Notes under the pieces: model-generated
Told to the model about the DNA's origin: nothing
What the model saw: only the letters and a program-made list of their open reading frames with translations
The model's database searches: none
Position numbers and translations under genes: made by a program
Shown: positions 31,040-38,966 of the stretch, in pieces
Numbering within the stretch: position 1 is the first letter of the stretch
Layout of the letters: each line of letters opens with the position of its first letter
Assembly (NCBI GenBank): GCA_051453625.1
Contig: JBOZIK010000001.1
Span: forward strand, 13,321,235 to 13,360,200
DNA length: 38,966 nucleotides
Reading direction: 5' to 3'
DNA from: Welwitschia mirabilis
Taxonomy: Eukaryota

Positions 31040-34000
31040 GATGATCCTAAATTCCCTATTAATATCATTACTATTGATATCATATCATTGAAAAATCCTT
31101 GTGGATTTAAGAGCTGAAGCTAATCTTATGCCTACACCTATGTTTCAAGCCTTAGTTTTCAACCATGTATAGATTTTATTGATGTAATCCTTTTTATAGG
31201 TAATGGAACTTTGGTTAAATCCTTAGGAATATTAAAATTTCTATTAATTAAAATTGATAATTTTTTATGTCATTCACTTTGTGATTCTTGAAGTTCTTAT
31301 GGATTCAACTAGTTATCCCATCATTCTTAGTTAACCTTGGCTTGTAGCTGCCAATGTAGAAATTAACTATAGATTGGATGCATTAAAAAATTAGTTTTAA
31401 AAATCTTTTTATGACCTTAAAGGTATTTTAAAATTGAAACAAAAATTCTATTGAATTAAAGGAATACTTATCTCTTCCTAAATTTTATCCTATAAGGGAT
31501 GATTTATTTTTAATTTTGAATGATATGCTTTATTTGAGGTTTAATATGCATTTCTTGTTACATCTCATTTAGATTTAAATGAAATTAATAATCTTATTAA
31601 ATGTATTTATTTTAAAATTTTGATTATGACTTTAATGAAATAAAAATTAATATCTCTTTTAAATTTTTTACTGTTAATAATATTGTTAATGATAATCTCC
31701 ACTTGATCATTTAACAAGTATCTTTCTAGGTAGTAATCAATATAAACCTATCATTATTAGTGTACATATTACTCATTTTTAAGAAAAAGAGCTTACCAAC
31801 TTATGACTTGAAAAATTTCAAAGTTTTACTAGTCTTATCATGATATGATTAGTGTTCATCCTTCTATTTATTTACTTTATATCTATTTAGAACCTAATAC
31901 AAAACATGTTCATCAACCTTATGTAGGTTAAATCTAAAGCTTAAGGATATTATTAAAGAAAAAATCATGAAACTTTAGAAAGTTAATATCATTTACCACA
32001 TTTTAGATTGTGAATGTGTAAGTTACTTATAAATTATCCTAAAAAAGAATGGCAAATGGTAAATCTATGTAGATATACATGCTCCTAATTCTCATACTAA
32101 GAAAGATCACTTTCTTGTTTTTTCATTAATGAAATTCTTGATAAAATTTATAGTCATCATCATTATTTTTTTAATATGGATATAGTAGTTATAAAATTCA
32201 GTTCTTGTAGATCTAGAAGATCAGCTAAAAAACCATGTTTACTTGTCCCTTCGAAACATTTTCATATTGTCATTTGCCTTTTGGTTTATGTAATGCTCTT
32301 ATAAATTTTTAAAGTATATGATCTTTTTACTGAATTCCTAGTTTAATTTTTAAAAATATTTATGGATCATTTTTCTCTTTGTAATGATTCATTTAATCAA
32401 ATAATGTTTCATGTAAATTTGATCTTAAATCATTGTATTGATCATAATCTTAAACATAGCTAGGAAAATTTTTTTAATGATTACTAGAGGCATCATTCTA
32501 GGACATATTATTTCTAATGAAGGAAGAGAAGTAGATCCTACATAAATTACTATCATTCATACTCTTCCTCATACTACTCATGTTAATGATATAAGATCTT
32601 TCTTAGGTCATGCTAGTTTTTATTATCATTTCATTCCATATTTTAGTTATCTTAGTAAATGTTTGATTGACTTGCATTTAAAGACATATCTTTCTCTTGG
32701 ACTCTGAAATATGAACTTGATTTTAAAAAGAATAAATATTTTTTATTTCCATTACTTATTATTTAAGCTCTTACTTGATATTTTTCTTTTAAGGTAATGA
32801 CTAATGTAAGTGATTTCATAATAAGTATAGTCTTGGATCAACTTTTTGAGCATAAATCCTATGTTATTTCCTATACTAGTAAAACTTTACATGATGTACA
32901 ACATTTCCACTACTGAAAAAGAGATATTAGTAGTTATCTTTTCTCTTGAAAATTTTCTCCACTATTTATTGATTGTCTTGTGATTATCTCTACCAATCAT
33001 ACTACTTTAAAATACATTCTTAATAATCCATTATGTAAACCTTGTCTTATGCATTAGAGATAAATATAAAAAGAAAAATATTATTACCAATAATTCATAT
33101 TGTCTTTCCTTACCTATGGATTTACCTAAAATTAATGAAGGTTCTCTTCATGAAAATTTATTTGCACTAAATGAGATGCCTAGTATGTTGATATTGTAAA
33201 TTTTAAATCTTATAGTAAACTTCCTAAAAATTTGTCTTACTATCAATAGAAAAAATTATTTTTTTGTAGAATAAATTCTTATGAGAACCACTACTTTTAT
33301 TTAAATATTATGCTGACCAAGTCCTTTAAAGCTGTATACTTAAGAATGAAATGATTAGTATCTTAGAATTTTATCATAATTATGTGTTTGATGGTTATTT
33401 GAGTGGGCAGAAGACTACATTTAAAGTTTTAAATACTAGCTTCCTTTGGACTATTTTTTCAAGATACACTAATGGATTTTGTAAATCTTATGATAAATTC
33501 TAGTATTATTTGCTAATATTTTGGCATCTAAGGTATACATTTTATAGGATATTTTTGACCCTCCTTTGATAATGTTTATGTTCTTGTTTGTATGTATTAT
33601 GTTGCTAAATGGGTAGAAGCTAAATCTTATAGTGATTGTAATGCTAAGACTATTATTTAATTTTTACAAGTTAAGTTATATGTTATTTTAGTTATTTCAA
33701 AGTAATTATTAGTGATCAAGAACTCATTTTCATAACAAGACATTTAGAAATCTTATGCTTAAATGTGTTATTATTCATAAAGTAGCTACTTCCTATCACC
33801 ATCAAACCAATGATCAAATAGAGTTAAGTGACCTTGAATTGATTAGAAATATTTAGAAAATGGTTAGTTGAAGTAGAAAAGATTGGTCTTTGAAATTATT
33901 TGATGTATTCTAGGATTATCTTGTAACTTATAAAACACCCATTATAATGACCTTATACAAACTTATTTTGATCAAATATTGCTTTCTTCCTATTAAGATA

Positions 34001-34400
34001 GAACATCATCCTTTTTACATCATTTGTAGAGTTAATTCTAATCTTGAAAACTGTGTTAAAAATAAAATGGTTTAATTAAATGAATTGGATGAAATAATAG
34101 TAAAATCTTTTAATCATTAAATTCTTACTTTAAAAAAATGAAATATTATCATACTTAAATCATTCTTAAGAAATTTTTTTGAGTGGGTAATAATTTATTT
34201 CTCTTTAATTCTTATTTTTATTTATCTCCTAAGAATTTAAAATTTAAATGGGAGGGTTCCTTTGTATATGTCAATGTTTTTCCTATTGGGACTACTAATA
34301 CTAAAGATCTTAAAACTAGTCATATTTAAAAAGAAAATGGATGTAAATTGAAATTATCTACTAAGAAAAATTTAAATGAAGTTGAGATATATTTTGCTTT
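31040..34400 (+). pseudogene. Highly degenerate Athila-type Ty3/gypsy pol (PR-RT-RH-INT), gag missing
   Basis: PR ILVDLRAEANLMP (cf. DLGASINLMP) ~31095 and PIILS*PWL; RT KKNGKW*IYVD ~32041, KKDHF, FTCPFETFSYCHLPFGLCNA, FMDHFS ~32360; RH FKVMTNVSDFIISIVLDQ ~32788, TTEKEIL; INT YVAKWVEA ~33600, HKVATSYHHQTNDQIE, DWSLKL...YKTPI; KWEGSF ~34250. Confidence 0.9.
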
Positions 34401-34458
34401 ATCTTTGGATGTGTATGTGATAAAATATAAAAAAAACCAAAAGATGTTAAATTCTTTT

Positions 34459-35721
34459 TGTTGAGAACCTATTATCATTGATTAATTTAACGAGTTTTTG
34501 TAGTTAGTCATGGTGTAGAGATTTTCAAGTATTGAGTGACCAATTCACATCGCTAGATGACCAAACTATTAATGAATATAAAGTGCTTCAGGTTCGGGTG
34601 ACCAACACTACCCTATCAGACCACCTGACTGCTAAATTAGGAAAAAAACCGATTCTAGCATGAGTAACTATGCAAATTACCTTAGGTGACCCAGTCTAAA
34701 ATTCTGTAAAAGACTTGGGCAAACTCGCCTAATCGCTCACAAAGTCAAGGGCGACCGCATTATAATCTGCTGAGTTCAGTCTCATGATAGTAAGGATGAC
34801 CGAACAGTTAGACAAGATCAACTATACAGTAATCTGTGAAAGTTTAGTCTCTTAATAATAAGGGTAATCAAATAGTTAGATAAGGATGACTGCACAAAAA
34901 TCTGTAAAAGGGCAACTAAACAAAGTAGTTAAAGGTGACCGCATACTACCCAGAATCTTCCTTCAGAAGGTCGACTGATTTATCAAGTAAGGGCGATCTA
35001 AGAAAGATCGACCACATATTAACATAAGAGTGACCGCGGATTCATTTGTTCCAACTAAGAAATCTATGGCAAACACAAGTGACTAAAGTAAATAGAGAAG
35101 GATGACTGAGCACAAAGGCAATCGAGATTTTTTTTAGGTTGATCTTACATATTACAAACATAACCGTTATGTTTCTAACCACTCATCTAAAAAGCGTGAA
35201 ATGTTACAATAGTTCACTTCCCTTCTCTAAATAGTTAATTTGTGTAATTTCTCTATTTAAGATTTCTTCCACTCAAAAGGAAGATAATTTTTGATTGATA
35301 AAAGAAAAACAAGAAGAAAACTGTTGCACCAATCAATCTTTGTATCTGAATGAACTATGAGTTTAGATTTCTGTTTGAAGTTCTCATTGCAATATCTACT
35401 GTGAGACGTTGCTATACTATTTGGAATCACATTTGTGCATTTGTCCGCTCAGCCTTCTTTCTTTCTATTGTGGTTGAGAATCAACCCAAAAATCCTATGT
35501 TGTTGGAATAGGTTTATGGTAAGCCTGAAAACTTATCTTTGAGGTTAATATATGTCAGCCAGGGAGAGGAGGTCTAAGGGGCTGAAGGGTGGTGTCTGTC
35601 CATCATTAATATGTATTACTCTTGTATTTGTTCAATTTATTTTTATTTATAAGTTTTAAAGTGGAAGAGCTTTAGTACTAAGACCTATTCACCCCTCTCT
35701 AGGGTTGATCTGTAATCTTCA
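34459..35721 (+). mobile_element. Solo LTR, SIRE (Sirevirus)-like Ty1/copia, with perfect 5-bp TSD
   Basis: TGTTG start and CTTCA end, flanked by CTTTT (34454-34458 and 35722-35726). SIRE-type 3' motif CCTATTCACCCCTCTCTAGG (~35683-35703); many GGGCGACCG-like repeats in U3; CTATTTAAG at ~35253. Confidence 0.85.
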
Positions 35722-38164
35722 CTTTTTTTCTTATTATTTCTTATTAAAACCTTAAAATATTGGAACTTTTCGGATGACAAAATAAGAGCTATATGGCTCA
35801 TGTAGATATACTTATGAGGGTTATAAGCTTTAGATAGAACCTAATTCTATTTACTTTCTAAGGAAAAAAAATTGTTATGTAAAGTTCTTAACTTTTTATT
35901 TTAATAAATTATGATTAAGCTAAGTATTTTTCATCCAAAATCCCAGTTTCCATTTTACTTAAGGGGTATAACCATTTATTCCCTATCTTCTACATATCTC
36001 TGAGATTATTTTGTAATCACTTTACTATTCCAATAATCTCTGCTACTAGATTTTGCAAAACCACCTTAATTACTTGCTAATTCCTTTAAACTAATACTAC
36101 AATGTGAAAATCACATCTGAAGAGGCATTTTAGTGCCATTGGGTTTTATCGTTATACAACTTTTATTCTTAGCTCTTAGATGTCATTTTCACTTTATTTT
36201 TTATAACTAGTAGGCTATAGAACCATGTGGTAATTTCAGAAGTTGGACAGAAAAGCTTTAATAAAATGGTAATGATTCCTATCTTAAATATTTTCTTTTA
36301 TCTTCTTTTTAGCCTTACACTTATTCACGCTTTTATATTAGATATTTATTATTGAAATTATTTAGTTAATACTATTTACTATTTTATCATCTGAAGATGA
36401 TAAATTAGTTAGGGATTAGATAGATTATTGATTAGTTGAACTTGATCATGCTTCTTACCCTTATGATATTATAGAAAAATATTTTCAAAACCTTCAATTT
36501 GATAAGGATGAAAATGTAGTAGAATATATTGTAAATGATCTTAGTCTCCATTTTTTTCCTATAACTATAAACAATGTGGTAGATATATCTTATCATACTA
36601 GTGATTAAGAATTAAATGATCATCATATTTTATTAAATAGGATATTACCTATTATAGATGATCTCAAGTTCAATTATAACCTTCATGCTAATGATTTTCC
36701 TATTAATAATCTTAAGCCACCTCTTACTCATTACATCATTTTCAACTTCTTAGGTACTACTCATACACCTAATGAATTTTCAAATGTATTAAGAACCCTT
36801 TAGTTATTTAGGTAGGTTTATGCTCCTTATGTTTCTTATCTTATATTTTCTCATGTTTGTCATTTTTAATCTTTTTAATGTTTTATTTCCACATCTTTAC
36901 CTTTTATTGTTTAGTAGGTTTTTACCAACTAGTATCTTAAGTCTTATAAGATTGATCATACTAGATATTATTCTCATTTTCCTACTAATTTTAGATAGAT
37001 TTAGGAGTAAGAAAGATTTTATGAGCATGAGTAATAGTAATCCACACCTTAGCCTTAGCAACCTATTTATCCCTTGGCTATGATTGATGAGTATTTGGAT
37101 AGGTTTAAGCATGATATGTGGAAATGATTCCATTCTATTTGCATCTTGACTTCTACTTTTCATTCTATGACTTGGTTTTTCTCTCATAGATGTGGATCAA
37201 GGCAAGATCTGGAAGTAGCTGAGCATGACCTTCAATGACATCTTATCATTATAGAACATGAATACCATAGTGGAGATGACTATGGATCTTCTTCATCTTG
37301 CCATTATCCTACCCCTCAGTTTATTTATATTTTTCTTAGAGTGAAATCTTTCTTATCCTTCACTCCTATCTTACTAATATTTTGCATGTAATGTTTTACA
37401 TCTATGTATTGCATATTTAAAATCAATATTATTTAATATTTTTTTATGGCAATGAAATATAATATGATATTATGGATGTATTTCATATTATCTAGATTAT
37501 GTCTATGTTTTTATTTTTATTTTACAAACTAATAAACTTAATAGAAGTATTACTTTACATTTTTAGAATAATAAATAAAAGGTTTAAACTTTTCTATGTC
37601 TCTACATTATATTATCGTATCTTGTGACATACATTAGTATTCCTTAATAATTAATAGTACTATTACTTTTACATGTTATTTTATTTAAAGGGTTAACCTT
37701 TAGGTTTGTAACCATTATCATAAGATACAAACATTTTAATCATTAATTGATAGGGATAAGTAAATGGTATGATTCCTTGCCATTTTGTAAAATGATGGAT
37801 ATCCCTAGGTATTTCAATAATAATTTTTATACCACATAGTATTAGCAAATACCTAAATTCATATCTAGCTTCATTCATCTTATCATCATCCCTTGCATAG
37901 GGTGTCTAAGGTATCTAGTTAATGGTGTAATGAAGTCTAATGTTTTTGTTATATAAGGTATTAATAGTCATAGTTTTTTATTCTTTTTAGAACTATAATA
38001 CTATACTTATAGGTAATATTCTATTTTTTAATTGATAAAGTCTTGAGATGTTTAAATAGCTCAGAATAATGCATTATAACCTAGTTTAAGACTATTTGCA
38101 ATGTGATGATCAGGAGGTTAAGATAGAGTGCAATAATGAAGATGTTCAACACTCTCTTTTTCAT

Positions 38165-38966
38165 TGTTATGATTCCAAATTTGTAGGAATTTGATGGTGT
38201 ATTTTGAGTGCTTTTGCAGGATATTTATACAAGTTTGGATGTAATACTTGAAAGAAGAATTCACCATGCAAAAGACTAATTTACCTTTAGATTGAAGATA
38301 AGGAAGCTTGTCTTCCCCTCTGTTATTTCCATGACAGGTAGGACGACAGCACTACTGATATGGACAAAATCTGCAAGGTTGATAGTGGGGCCTAAAGTTG
38401 ATGGAGTACCTTTTGATGTAAAGTGACATCCCCTCTATCATTGCCACGACAGTTAGGATGATAACTATTTTTTTATGGTTAGAAAGAATTCTCTTTGTAA
38501 TGGATTTAAGTGATCCATTTGGGATATTAGGATTTCTTTTTCTAACTTCTAGGGTTAATATTCTAGGACTTCAATGTAAACCTGTAAATACCATTTTTCT
38601 CCTTTATTTCTATTTTCATCTTCTATATCCAGTATGTTTGTGATGGAAGATTGAAAGACAAGAAATCCATTCAGTAGCTACAGAGAGGAATTCCCTTGGT
38701 ATTAAGCTAAGTATCGTCCATTAATGTGCTGCTACTTTGTTGTAAGTGGATGTAAAGTTCTATGAATCAATACAACTACTCTTTTTCATTCCAATTCTGT
38801 TTATGTCCCTTATGATTTAAGTTGGTTATAATTTAAGTGATGATTCTATTATTTATTTAGATCATAAGGGCAATGTTTGTCAAGGTTTATTTTTGTTAGT
38901 TTAGATTTGCATTATTATTTCATTTCCATTCTACATTACATTCCATGTTCTATTTGGTACATCTCA
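38165..38966 (+). mobile_element. LTR of a diverged subfamily related to the 18054 Athila-type LTR (runs off window)
   Basis: TGTTATGATTCCAAATTTGTAGGAATTTGATGG...TTTATACAAGTTTGGATG aligns to the 18054 start; shares the 26-bp hairpin motif and the downstream GTCCATT...TAATACAA...TTTAGATTT blocks. Confidence 0.8.

Noticed and set aside
36820-37187. Hydrophobic 87-aa and 96-aa ORFs as membrane proteins
   Set aside because: F/L/I richness is expected from T-rich decayed DNA; no family motif.

Overview
Very AT-rich (roughly 30% GC by eye) plant nuclear repeat DNA from a gapped assembly with five N-runs. I found no intact host gene, RNA gene or CRISPR array. The window is a nested graveyard of old transposons. 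In order: a minus-strand Tekay/Del chromovirus 3' end interrupted by a CACTA terminus; a full-length Ty1/copia Ivana-like element (8467-13032); a minus-strand Ty1/copia Tork-like element (14657-~28150) split by a pol-less Athila-type element (18054-26226); a separate degenerate Athila-type pol (31040-34400); a SIRE-type solo LTR with a perfect TSD (34459-35721); and two more copies of the Athila-type LTR. The most notable signal is largely missed by the ORF track. It is a minus-strand relic at ~6795-7760 that reads as the HUH/Y2 Rep domain of a Helitron2/Helentron (HLE2)-type rolling-circle element rather than a canonical plant Helitron, and it appears to contain two short spliceosomal introns. 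All calls come from manual translation and motif recognition. Lineage names need HMM or phylogenetic confirmation.
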